Below are positions 13,288 through 26,205 of a DNA stretch of 64,000 nt, piece by piece; the stretch's first letter is position 1; each line of letters starts with the position of its first letter. Position numbers and translations under genes: made by a program. Source of the stretch: Bugula neritina (lineage: Eukaryota; Animalia; Bryozoa); the NCBI GenBank assembly GCA_964035545.1, contig OZ037766.1, positions 11,832,722 to 11,896,721 on the forward strand, in the 5' to 3' direction. The notes beneath the pieces are model-generated. The model was not told the origin of the DNA and ran no database searches. It saw only the letters and a list, made by a program, of their open reading frames with translations.

Positions 13288-14085
13288 TTACAGTGGGTAA
13301 TAATTTTCAAAATTGTTGAAGAAGATGGCATCAAAATTTAGGAGAAAAAATAGGATCTGGTTTGTCAACATCCACCTTTCATAGCAACTGTCACAATCCA
13401 CTTCCAAATCTTCGTCGCATGTCTACAAAAAATTAAAATATGTACTGACTATGAATAATATCAATGAGAGAATTAATAAAGTAATTAGTATACTTCTATA
13501 TCTGGCAACAACTTATTTTCTGAGCTAAGATTTTGAACACTTATAGCACTTTTTAACCAAGTAAAGTAAAATTGTGAGCTAATTTCTGCATCTCTTGTAC
13601 GTTTTCAATTTCAAAAAAGCATAGCTAATTAATAATCATTAGCTTAAAAATTTAAGTTAATGATCTTTGCTATGAACTTGCAGTTTAGTAGAATGTCTAT
13701 TTATTTTTTCATCAATTTGAAACCTTTTTTTCAATTCTATATAATTATTAAAATATATTTAAATATGTTATAGTATTGCAAAAATCTACCAAGCCTTGAA
13801 AATGTTCATTTAAACTATTCAAAAGTATTCTTTGGTGCATGGTTAGCTTTGGTTGTTTGGTGAAGACATGACTCAGAGTTACAGCATAAAACATTCTCTT
13901 CCCCGTCAAAACATTCTTCATAGTGCCGGTCTGGGAAAAGCTTGCCCATCTTGATATCACGATAATGTATTTGTTGACAGTATTTAAACAACTTATTGTG
14001 CATTTGATGAAATGCAATGAGTTTGTGATTCTCTTGCTGTATTTCTGGCTTTATATAGCAAATCTGGGCCAACCTCAGCAGTTAT
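13288..14085 (-). pseudogene. Third copy of the unidentified minus-strand exon pair
   Basis: Terminal exon 13422-13288 is intact (135 nt). The upstream exon is frameshifted by a small insertion near 13838. Confidence 0.4.
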
Positions 14086-16796
14086 TAAATATGCAGCTTA
14101 TTCAATAACCTGTCAATCAAGTATTCTCCCTTGACTGTCCACGCACTGCTCTGATGAACATACAGTTAGGTGGGCAGGTCTATGGATATGGTAATCTGCT
14201 GTCATTCTATTTTATTAATCTAAAATAAATACCTAATAGTGGTGTCAGAAAAGCGGAAAAAAACAATTTTGAAGCATGTGATGTGAAGCTTCATTGCACT
14301 TTGGCAATACAAATACAGTGGTTTTTGTATTGCATGGTGTAAAAATTATTTCAGATTTCACAACAAGTTTATGTAATTTGAAATTGTTAAACATGATTAT
14401 AGAGCAAACAATTGTGATGACTTTCGTATCATAAAGCAGCAGCAACACGGTAGTAACTGTATAATTATATAAATTAGGAAGCAAAATGATCAGTCAGTTT
14501 GTTAATTATCTTACACTTTGACAGAAAAAAAATTAGTTAAGCTCTAACTCCCATATACGTACATATATGTATTGTGTTCACACAAGTGGGTCAAAATACC
14601 CCTGCACAAAATAAACTGTCAGGTTACCATTTTATATTAACCCGCTACTATTGGATGTTTTATAGCTCTGCAATTTTTTAAGGTTTAAGTTGAAATTGAA
14701 AATATTTGCTTAGTAGGATATAGCTATAGATTTGAAAACATCACAATTGATAAGTTTTCTAATTGTTAAGTACTCATCATTTGTTTATGCATTGCTAAAA
14801 CCAACAACATTCTTTTTTGTTCAATTTTATGTTATGCTTTATTGACTTTTTTTAAAAAGGTCAATGGATTATATAGGTAATAATTATGCATGCATGTAAG
14901 CCCAACCTATGTGACAACTAACATGAAGTACAGTATGATTGGACCATGTGTGCAAAAGCATGACGATTGGAACATCATCTGTGTGAAAATTCTGAGTCTG
15001 TAGTGGTAAAACATCACGTGGCTGTTAGTTTAGACGCTGCACGTGTCAGTTGCTACTTTTGCATAACAAATGAGGTGTCAAACAATTATGATGAATTGTA
15101 CAAAAATGCAAAAAATGTAATTGTTTAGGGCTTGTTGTTGTTTCTGGGTTGATAGTTGTTTCAGCTACATGTGACTGGCCTAAAAGTAGAACACTCCTTC
15201 CTGTATTATTCACCCAATTCAAATAAATTTCATATTGCTATGAACATCTTCAAGCTAGACCGAATGGTTAGATACAAACAAGTGAATTACATAGACATGA
15301 TTTTAATAGTATTTGTTTTTTACTGTACATATAGTTCTGATTGAAAACATTCCACATATCAGCAGAATATTTGAAACATATGTGATGGTAATTTGGTTAT
15401 GTATTATGTTATGAAAAGCATAAACATATGCCGTAAAAATAGATGAGAGTAAAAAAATATGAAATGTTTTATAAGCATATAACATGCAGCATGTGTATTC
15501 ATTAGCTGTGAACCAGTAGGAGTTTGTTGAAATTAACAGAATCAAAACTGAACTGCATCTGCATTGATTTAGATGCTGAGTAGACTTCATTTCACTTGAA
15601 CAGTATTTTATTTTCTGAGGTCACAATATCTAAATAGGGCGTATTTGCTTAGCTTTGTAAAATCATTACCCAATTTTTTTCAATTTCTTCCTCTTTTTCA
15701 ATTTCAGTGCAATGGTATGAATAGAATCGATATATACAATACAGGTTATAATCAAGAAGAAAAATTGAAAATGTTGAGATCGATATAATAAAACAATTTG
15801 GTTTTATTTGTATGTAACGAATGTCTCTAAATGAGTACATATAACAATCAGAATAACATTTCTTTATCTCTGGAAGATCAAGGCGTAATTTCAAAGAAAA
15901 TTAATGTAATTTTAATTACAATTTCATCATAATCAGAATCTATCAATATGTACAGATGTATCATAATAATGATGCCGCAGTTGAAATCTATTCTTTCCAT
16001 GCACCATAACATCACTTTTCCATCCTTTATTTGTGCTTCACAAAGAAATGCTGTCATTGCTGGGTAACATATTGCAATATTCAACACATTATTCACACTT
16101 CTTTTAATAAATATTAGTTTTTCTCTTTTGTCTGTTGAAATCTTACACCTGAGACAATTAGAAGTCTATAATTGCACCCAAGTTCTATTAAGTCACTATA
16201 TTGTTCTATTGGTACAAAAATAAATAGAAATATTTCAACAATAATATTACAACAAATTTTAATTTTCTTTTTGATTTTTCTGGTTGTAAAACAACTTTGT
16301 AATTTCTACATCATTGTTTTACTTTAATAGATATAAAGTCCGAGTATGGGGTTTGAATTCAAGGCTTAGGGTATATATTATAGTTTTGCTAACTAGATTG
16401 AACATTCTGCATCACATCAGGAGTCTTAAACTTCACTGATGCAGTCATTCACTATACTTATGCTTACAGTTCCACTATAGTGTATCATTCAGATTGTTTA
16501 AAGGTGTTCTTATTTCTGTCAAATAAAAGGCAAAATTTATGACTTACAGTTGCTATAGTTTTTAGTGATAAGAAAGAGAAAACAACTTCACTGTTTTTAT
16601 GTTCATACATATTTTTCACCCTAAATAATAATTAATCACTCAATTACTTGACGTAGCAAAGCTCTGCTTTCCAATTCAATACTTTTTCAAACTCATTGAC
16701 ATTAATAGTGCTGCATACTCACCTCTAGTAATAATGGAAGATATTCATGTAGGCATGGTTGTACCGCAAGACCATACATGTGTTTTCTAGTTTTAG

Positions 16797-17891
16797 GTGC
16801 CGATCTCGAAGTCAGTAGATAACCCGACCCATCGCCTCTGTCTGTGTATTATTCACTTGTACTTTCATCTAATGGCAGAGGCTGTTAGATTGATTCAAAC
16901 CGCAGTGTCTCTGCATCACATTCAGGTATTAAAGGCCTGTACAAGTCTCAAGTGTGTATGAATCAATCACCTGGGCACTGAGTGTATGCACATGTGTTAT
17001 AAACATTTCCAACAGAAACAATTAGCCTAATATGTCATCAATTATCCTGATGGTTTCAGAATCACAAGATATCCACGGTGTGTTGTGGTGACTAATTTTT
17101 CACCTGATGAGCAAACAGTGCAATTTATTCTCAATAGATATATTGACCAGTCTAACAAAGTCTTTTCACAGGGTTTGTATTACTGAGTATTACTGTATTG
17201 TTACATAGGTATTACTATATATTATTATTCTATAAATATTACTAGGTAACAAGTATTACTATATTTTTCAATATATATGATTTACCTTCGAGTTAACTGT
17301 TAACATGCTTTAGATATTTGGTAACAAATAAGCATGGACCTTCTCAAACTGCAACATACAGTATTCCTTTTAAAATTATTAGATATGGAGTTGTCTACAC
17401 TATATTGAAGTTTTAAAATGTTTTAGTAAATATACACGGCTTCACAATATATGCATTACAGTCATTACATATTAGATATAATATGATATGCTACAGTTGT
17501 AATATACTAACATTGATGCATAAACAGGTGCAACCTGTAGTTAGGCCACATATTTAGATGTCACTCAATGTGCATAAACTTTGTAATGCACCACAACTTT
17601 TATCTATCATCCTTTTCAGATGATGTGTATAAAATGTCTGGTTTGGAGTTGCGACACACTTTGCAGTTCTCATCAGCCAGTGGTTTCCCTCAGTTTACAA
17701 ATTATGTGCCATCATTTAAGGAATGCATAGACTACATATTCTTTGAGACAGAGCATATCTGTGTAGAGTTCGTAGTACCCATGCTGTTTGAAGTTCAATT
17801 AAGCGGAGGCCTTCCTAATGAAAACTTTCCTTCTGATCATATTTCCTTCATCTGTAACTTCTCTTGGAAATTGTTATATTTGCAAATCTAA
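16797..17891 (+). pseudogene. PDE12: PDE12-like 3' exons (16797-~16950, 17060-17172, 17620-17891), disabled
   Basis: RLCLCIIHLYFHLMAEAVRLIQTAVSLHHIQ corresponds to PDE12 RICVANTHLYWHPKGGYIRLIQMAVALAHIR. STVCCGD(t)NFSPDEQ is the GDFNS motif with a 2-nt deletion at ~17093. GT-AG borders are present. The terminal stop is lost (TAG>TTG). Confidence 0.85.
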
Positions 17892-20145
17892 ACGTTTATG
17901 TAACTTGCAGTATAACTCAAAGTTAAACAGCTAATAGCCTATCTATTGTATATCAAAATAAAATTTGATTACCTTCCACGCACTAAATATAATGAGGTTG
18001 CTTTTCTTTTTGTAAGCATTCCTTGCCATATATTGTTGTGTTTTAAATGAGTATTATGGAAATTAGTTATATACATTAGAAAATCATTAAAACAATAGGC
18101 TTAGGCAATACCAAGTTGAACTACGTAACTTTATTCATATGCTTTTTTGGTGTTTTTTAAAACAAGAGTTGTTTAGAGTTGCAGGTTAATTAAAAGCTTT
18201 TTACATTATTGAAAATTTGCAACAGTTTGCCATTCTGTTATGATTTATCATAAAACTCTAGTTGCTTTTTTCATGACGTACAGAAATCTTTTTCAATATG
18301 TTCTTCTTGTATTGTGAGTAATGTTTCTTGATTTACTTCTAAATTGCGCATTATATTTGATGAAAGCGCAAAAATTAGTTGAAATAAAAATTAATTTTTT
18401 CCTCTAGTCTATAAAAATTTAAATTATACTTGTCAGTTTATTGGCTAATAAAAAATGTGTAAACAGATATATCTGGTAAATCAGTAATGGGAAGTGAAAA
18501 TATGTAATCAGGTTGGTTGGTTGTAGAATGGTTTATTATTTATCAGAGTTTAAAAATAATGGAACCCACCCCTTGTGTTGCAGACAATTTTCAATGTCCC
18601 AATAATTTTTATTAACAATAATAAATTAATAGCAATGAATAATAAATTGATAACAATAATAAATGATGTTAAATTCTATTACATTTTAGTGTTTTTATGT
18701 TTTGTTGTGAATTTAGGAAGCCTCTTACCCGTATTGAATGATTTTCTCCCCTGCATTCTTTAACCCTTTAAAGGTAAAAGTTAGCATCGTAATCATAGTC
18801 AACCAACACCAGTAAATAAAACAATTTTTGATTAAATTATCTGTTAAATTAAACATAATCATAAAATTGGGCAAAAATGTCCGTAATTTTCTAGCATAAC
18901 AGCTGCCAGTTTATTCTAATTTTATATTTATCTGAGTATTATACCATCTTTTATGGATATATTGTTAAATTAATTTAGAAATTGTACAACCATTTCTTGG
19001 AAATTGTATACTATATACAGTAACAAATATTATAGAACTGCATGTATAGATGATTATAATTATATTGTGCTAAAATAATGGTTGGTAGTATTAAAAGTGT
19101 AACAGTTTTATCACCAAATGAGTAGGTCGGCTATAAGAACTAAAAAAACACATTTACAACACGGACAGACCAGAACTGAATGGGAAGTTTTATGTTTTTT
19201 ATATCTTTTATGCAAATTACTGAGGGCCACAGTGTCTTAATACAAACAAATATACATCTCTGTATCACTACTTTTTCTAGTTGAAAACCAATTTTCAATG
19301 CAAAAATTAATAGATCTCAATTGTCAAAAATAGGCATTTAATGTTTAATACTAAAATTTATATAGACAATATTAGACCAATTGTTAAGTAAAGTCCAGCT
19401 GCATCACACAGGAGTGCTTTTGAAACATCCAACATATTAAATGAAAGATGAGCTAGCCATGGTTTTCCTGTAAAATTAAACTACTCTGTTTTCTGTAAAA
19501 TCGAGTGCCAATTATACAAACAAACATACATACACATTTGAACTACCAATTTATGGCTAAATATTAATTTCCCTAAATGTGATTGATTTCTGATCTACTG
19601 CAAGAAGAACAATTAGCAAGCAAACTGACATACTATAATCTATCATAAAAAAAACATAAATTACAATAGTATATCGCTACTTATAGTAGCCATTATAACT
19701 TTGTGCATTAAGCAAAGTAATGCTTAGGCCGTCATAAAAAGGATAAAAGCTTTCGCAGTTGCTATATATATAGTAGGCCTACTGCATAGTTTCTGTAGCA
19801 TTACTAGTATAATTTGTTGTATGAAATCTATAATGCAATTTGCAGCAGCTAGAAATTTTAAAGACAGATTTCTGTAAGTTTTGCAGCTATTTTATATTTG
19901 TATCCATAAATGTTGAATTCAGTAGTATGTTTCAGAAAGTGACACAACCTCTTGAATATATATAACTGGTATAAGCTTATTAAAAGTGTGTAGTTTTAAA
20001 AATGACAATACTTTCTATAGTATAACTTACTATTAAAAAGTCTGTTATATAGCATATTTATTTCTTGTGTAATATAGTTGCTTTGCTGGTTTTCGACTGG
20101 CTAAAATACCATTAAATCAATTTTGAATGAAAAAAATATATTGCA

Positions 20146-20925
20146 TTATAGTGGGTAATAATTTTCTAAATTCTTGAAAAAGATGGCATCAAAGTTTATG
20201 AGAAAAAATAGGATCTGGTTTATCAACATCAACCTTTCATAGCAACTGTCACAATCCACTTCCAGATCTTCGTCGCATGTCTACAAAAAAATAAAATTTG
20301 CGCTGACTATGAATAATTTCAAAGAGAGAATAATTAAAGTAATTAGTAGACTTCTATATCTGGCATCAACTTATTTTCTGAGCTAAAATTTTTAACCCAT
20401 GCGTAAAAGTAAAATTGTTAGTTAATTTCTGCATCTTTTATAGGTGTTCAATTTAAAAAAAAGCAACGCCTATTATTAATCATTAGCTTATAAATCTAGT
20501 TTAATGCCCTTTGCTATGAACTTGTAGTTTAGTAAAATGTCTATATATTTTTTCATCACTTTCAACCCTTTTTTTCAATTCTATATAATTATTAAAATGT
20601 ATTTAAATCTGTTATAGTGTTGCAAAAACCTACCAAGCCGTGAAAATGTTCATTTAAACTATTAAAAAGTATTCTTTGGTGTTCAGCTTTGGTTGTTTGG
20701 TGAAAACATGACTCAGAGTTGCAGCACAAAATATTCTCTTCCTCGTAAAAACATTCTTCATAGTGTCGGTCTGGGAAAAGCTTGCCCATCCTGATATCAC
20801 GATAATGTATTTGTTGACAGTATTTAAACAACTTGTGTATCTGATGAAATGCAATGAGTTTGTGATTCTCCTGCTGTACTTCTGGCTTTATATAGCAAAT
20901 CTGGGCCAACCTCAGCAATAGTTAA
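20146..20925 (-). pseudogene. Fourth copy of the unidentified minus-strand exon pair (both exons open)
   Basis: Donor at 20634 is in frame with ORF 20592..20918. Terminal exon 20280-20146 is 135 nt and ends in TAA. Confidence 0.45.
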
Positions 20926-23170
20926 ATATGGAACTTATTCAACAACCTGTCAGACAAGTACTCTGCCTTGACTGTCTACGCACTGCTTTGATAAACGTGA
21001 AGTTAGGTGGGCAGGTTAACGGATATGGTAATTTGCTGTCATTCTATTTTAATAATCTAAAGTAAACATCTAATAGTGGTGCCAGAAGAGCGGAAAAAAC
21101 AAATTGAAGCATGTGATGTAAAGCTTCATTGCACTTTGGCAATACAAAACATTAGTTTTTGTTTTGCACCAAGCTCATACTGCGTGGTGTTAAAAATAGT
21201 TCAGATTTCCCAACAAGTTTATGTAATGTGAAATTGTTAAACATGATTATAGAGCAAACAATTGGGATGATTTCTGTATCAAAGCAACAGCAACACAATA
21301 TTAGCAGTATAATTCTACAAAATAATGATCAGTCATTGTGTTAATTGTCTTTCACTTTGACAGAAAAAAGTTTAGTTAAGTTCTATAGCTCCCATATACG
21401 TACATATGTATTGTGTTCACACAAGTGAGTTAAAAATCTCGTAAATTAAACTGTCAGGTTACCATTTTATATTAACTCGCTAATATTGGATGTTTTATAG
21501 CTCTGCAATTTTTAAAGGTCAAGTTGAAATTGAAATTATTTGCTTAGTAGGTTATAGCTATAAATTTGAAAACATCACAGTTGATAAGTTTTCTAATTGT
21601 TAAGTACTCAACATTTGTTTGTGTTGCTAAGACCAACATCATTATTTAGTCAAGTTTTATGTTATATTTTATTAACTTTCTTTAAAAAAAAGTAAATGAA
21701 GTATAGGCAATAATTATGCTCGTAAGCCCAACCCACATGACAACTAACAAGAAGTACATGATGATTGAAACATGTGCGGAAAAACATGACGATTGGAACA
21801 CGATCTGTGTGAGAACTCTGAGTCTGTAGTGGTAAAACATCACGTGGCTGTTAGTTTAGACGCTGCACGTGTTAGTTGCTACTCTTGCATAATAAATGAG
21901 GTGCCAGACAGTTATGACGAATAGTACAAAAATGTAGGAGGTGTAATTGTTTGAGAATTGTTGTTGTTTCTGGGTTGATAGTTGTTCAATACTCTATTTT
22001 TTCACCTTTCTCAGCCATTTCCTGATCGGGTGGCAGTGTACTCGCTATACTCTATTGCTTACAAATAATGTTTTGAGTAAATTATTACTATATAATGATA
22101 TTATGTATATGAGGTGAAAGCAGACCAATTAGGATAATGCAAATTAAGAAATTCTAGAAAATTGACAAATTTGTAGCTCAAGTCAAATTCATACTAAGAC
22201 TGTATCCATAATGAAGATGTCATATTCTATACATTGATATCTAATAAACTATACCGCCAACACCTTTGTTGAAACAAAAGTTCTTAAATTAATTTATTTA
22301 TAATCAAGTGTCACGCCAACAATTAACTGCAGTTACTATAACTGGAAAAAAACCAAAAAAAGTCGAAATATTCCTTTTCACAACATTCATTTCATGCCAA
22401 TGTAGGTAGCAAATTAACATAATGACATCACCTAGAGGAAAATTTTCATCAACTATGTAAATCTTTGTAGTTACTTCATGAACAAATATAGGAAATTCCT
22501 TGACCCTGTTGTTTCAGCTACATGTGACTGGCCTAAAAGCAGAACACTCATTCCTGTATTATTCACCCAATTCAAATAAATTCTATATTGTTATGAAAAT
22601 CTTCAAGCTAAACCAAGTGCATGGTTAGATACAAACAAGTGAATTACATAGACATGATGATAGTAGTATTAATTGTTTGCTGTACATATATAGTTTGGTA
22701 AATAACATTTATTCTCATATCAGCTGAATATTTGAAACATATATGGTGTTATTCTGGTTATGTATTATGTTATGAAAAGCACAAACATGAATGCTGTATA
22801 AGTAGATGAGAGTAAAAATTTATAAAATGTTTTATAAGCATATGACATGCAGCAGGTGTATTCATTAGCTGTGAACCAGTAGGAGTTTGTTGAAATTAAC
22901 AGAATTAAAACTGAATGCTGAATCTGCATTGATTTAGATGTTGGGCAGACTTTAATTTCACTTGAACATTTTTTTTTTCTGAGGTCGAAATTACTTTGTA
23001 AAATTATCACCCAATTTTTGTCAATTTCTTTTTCTTTTTTAATTTCAGTTTAGCTCTTTATAAGAAAAATTTGAGATAAACAACATTATAATCAGGAAGA
23101 AAAATTGAAAGTGTTGAAAGTGTTAAAACAATTTGGTGTTCTTTGTAATTAATGAATGTCTTTAAATGAG

Positions 23171-23388
23171 GGAGCAGCCGTGGTCTAGGGGTTAAAGCGT
23201 TTGCTTATTTGTGAACACGAAGTCATGGGTTCGAACCCCGACAAAGGCCGTTGGTGATGTTAGGAAGAGCATCCAGTCATAATTGCTCCTGTGCCTCATT
23301 TAAACAAGTCCTTAGCCCGTTCTAATAAAAACCCTTTCCAACAGGGGTTTCTCACAGGGATAGTGACTATAAACTTGAGTGAGTTTTT
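23171..23388 (+). mobile_element. tRNA-derived SINE, copy 1
   Basis: Pol III A box TGGTCTAGGGG and B box GGTTCGAACCC, a non-tRNA body and a T-rich end. Imperfect 10-bp TSD TTTAAATGAG/TCTAAATAAG. The empty site GTCTCTAAATGAGTA is at ~15823. Confidence 0.85.
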
Positions 23389-25787
23389 TCTAAATAAGTA
23401 TAAATAAGATTCGGAATAACACTTCTTTATCTCTGAAAGAACAAGTGGTAATTTTAAAGAAAATAAACGTGATTTTAATTCCAATTTCATTGTAATCAGA
23501 ACCTATCAATATGTATAGATGTAACATAATAATGGTGCATATGCTGCAGTTGGAATCTATATTTTCCATGCACCATAACATTACTTTTCCATCATTTAAT
23601 TGTGCTTCTTGTGAAAAAAGTCTGTCATTGCTGCGTAACATTACAATATCTAACACATTATTCACGCTTTTAATAATAAATACTATAGTTTTTCTCTGTT
23701 GGAATTTTGCACCTAAGACAACAAGCAGTGTATGATCTCACTCAAGTTCTATTAAGTCACTATATTGTTATATCGGTACGAGAATAAATAGATATATTTC
23801 AACATTAACAATACAACATATTTTTTTTTCTTTTTGATTTCTCTGGTTAAATGAAATATCCTTGTATTTACACTATTATTTTACGATAATATTTTTGTTG
23901 ACATAGTATGTAAACAACTTGTGCATCTGATGAAATGCAATGAGGTTTGTGATTGTCTTGCTGTACTTCTGGCTTTATATAGCAAATCTGTGCCAACCTC
24001 AATGGTAGTTAAATATGTAGCTTATTCAATAACCTGTCAAGCAAGTACTCTGCCTTGACTGTCCACGCACTGTTCTGATGAACATACAGTTAGGTGGGCA
24101 GGTCTACGGATATGGTAATCTGCTGTCATTCTATTTAAAATAATCTAACATAAACACCTAATAGTACATGGTGTTAGAAGAGCGGAAAACAACAATTTGA
24201 AGCATGTGATGTGAAGCTTCATTGCACTTTAGCAATACAAATACACTGGTTTTTGTTTTGCACCAAGCTCATACTGCTTGGTGCAAAAAATAGTTCAGTT
24301 CAGTTTATGTAATGTGAAATTGTTAAACATGATTATAGAGCAAACAATTGTGATGACTTTCGTATCAAAGCAGCAGCAACACTATAATATAGCAGTATAA
24401 TTATACAAATTATGGAGCAAAATGATCAGTCATTGTGTTAATTGTCTTTCACTTTGACAGAAAAAAGTTTAGTTGAGTTCTATAGCTCCCATATACGTAC
24501 ATTTGTATTGTGTTCATACAAGTGAGTTAAAAAACGCAAACAAAATAAGCTGTCAGGTTACCATTTTATATTAACTCACCAATATTGGATGTTTTATAGC
24601 TCTGCAACTTTTTAAGGTTGAAGTTGAATTTGAAAATATTTATATAGTAGGGTATAGCTATAGATTTGAAAACATCCCAATTGATAAGTTTTCTAATTGT
24701 TAAGTACTCATCATTTGTTTATGTATTGCTAAAACCAACATCATTCTCTTTTGTTCAGCTTTATGTTATGTTTTATTAACGATTTTGAAAAAAAAATAGA
24801 TGCATTAATTATGCTCGTAAGCTCAAGCCATGTGATAACTAACAAGAAGTACATGATGATTGGACCATGTGTGCAAAAGCATGACAATTGGAACACCATC
24901 TATGTGAGAACTCTGAGTCTGTAGTGGTAAGACATCACGTGGCTGTTAGTTTGGACGCTGCACGTGTCAGTTGCTACTCTTGCATAATAAATGAGGTGTC
25001 AGACAATTATGAAAAAATTGTACAAAAATGCAGGAGATGTAATTTTTTGAGAATTGTTGTTGTTTCTGTGTTGATATAGTAGTTCAATGCTGACTATTCT
25101 ATTGCTTAGAAATAATGTTTTGAATAAGGTATTGCTATATAATGACATTATGCATATATATTGAGGTGAAAGCAGACCAATTAGGATAATGCAAATTATG
25201 AAAATATAGAAAAGTGACAAATCTGTAGCTCAAGTGAAATTCATACTCAGGTTGTATCCATAATGAAGATGTCATATTCTATTCATTGATATCTGATAAA
25301 ATATTTCAACACCTTTGTACAGTTGAAATAAAAGTTCTTAAATTAATTCAGCTATAATCTGGTGTCATGCCAACAATTAACTTCAGTTACTATATAGCTG
25401 GGAAAAAACCCAAAAAAAGTCAAAATATTCCGTTTCACAACATTCATTTCATGCCAATGTAGGTAGAAAATTAACATAATGACTGTGGGTAGAGGAAAAT
25501 TTTCATCAACTCTGTAAATATGTGTAGTTACTTCATGAACAAATATAGGAAATTCCACCCTGTTGTTTCAGCTACATGTGACTGGCCTAAAAGTAGAACT
25601 GGAATATAATGCGGTTTATAGTCTTTAGCAGATAAGCTACAAGCTAACCTGAGGTAATTGGCTAACTGCCTTACAAGCATTCGGATTTCCTACCAGCTTG
25701 TACGTCTTGGATATTGGCTATATTGAGAGTGAAAGTAAAGACGGCACGGGGACTCTTACGCAGACTGTCGAGTAACCTTACATTCCA

Positions 25788-25807
25788 TGGCTGCAGTCGG
25801 CAGGATT
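25788..25807 (+). promoter_or_regulatory. Primer-binding site, tRNA-Ser-like
   Basis: TGGCTGCAGTCGGCAGGATT lies immediately after the 5' LTR. It resembles the complement of the tRNA-Ser 3' end (TGGCGTAGTCGGCAGGATT) with a bulge. Confidence 0.7.
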
Positions 25808-26205
25808 GTAGACAGTCAACAGTGGAGAAGGAGTGAATAGTGGAGAAGAAACAAAGAGTGGAGCAGAATCAAATAGTGGAGTTTGGAGAAGAATCAAATA
25901 GTGGAGAAAAGTGAATAGTGGAGCAGAATCAAATAATAGAGGGGAGACAAACAGTGGAGAGTAACTATAAAAGTTTATTCGAGATACATCTGTGGAGTTT
26001 AGTTTGTGTTATCAGTAGAGTAAGAGTAAGAGTTAGTGGAGTGACAGTGAAATATTAATATTATTATTCATAATTCGGTTAGAGTATTAGATTTGATAAT
26101 TTCAAGTTTAATATTAAGTTTAAGGATTAACTAAGGGTTATTGAGCCTTGTGATAGTGATGATTAAAATTTTAAATTTGATCATCACACTCACATTCAGA
26201 CCATA

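Noticed and set aside
20760-20850. Protein-kinase catalytic loop (YCQQIHYRDI(K/R)) in the minus-strand ORF
   Set aside because: The resemblance is short. There is no downstream Asn, DFG or APE and no upstream Gly-loop or VAIK.
23171-23250. tRNA gene
   Set aside because: It has A and B boxes but no convincing acceptor or anticodon stems, continues into a 150-bp body, and is flanked by a TSD. It is a SINE head.
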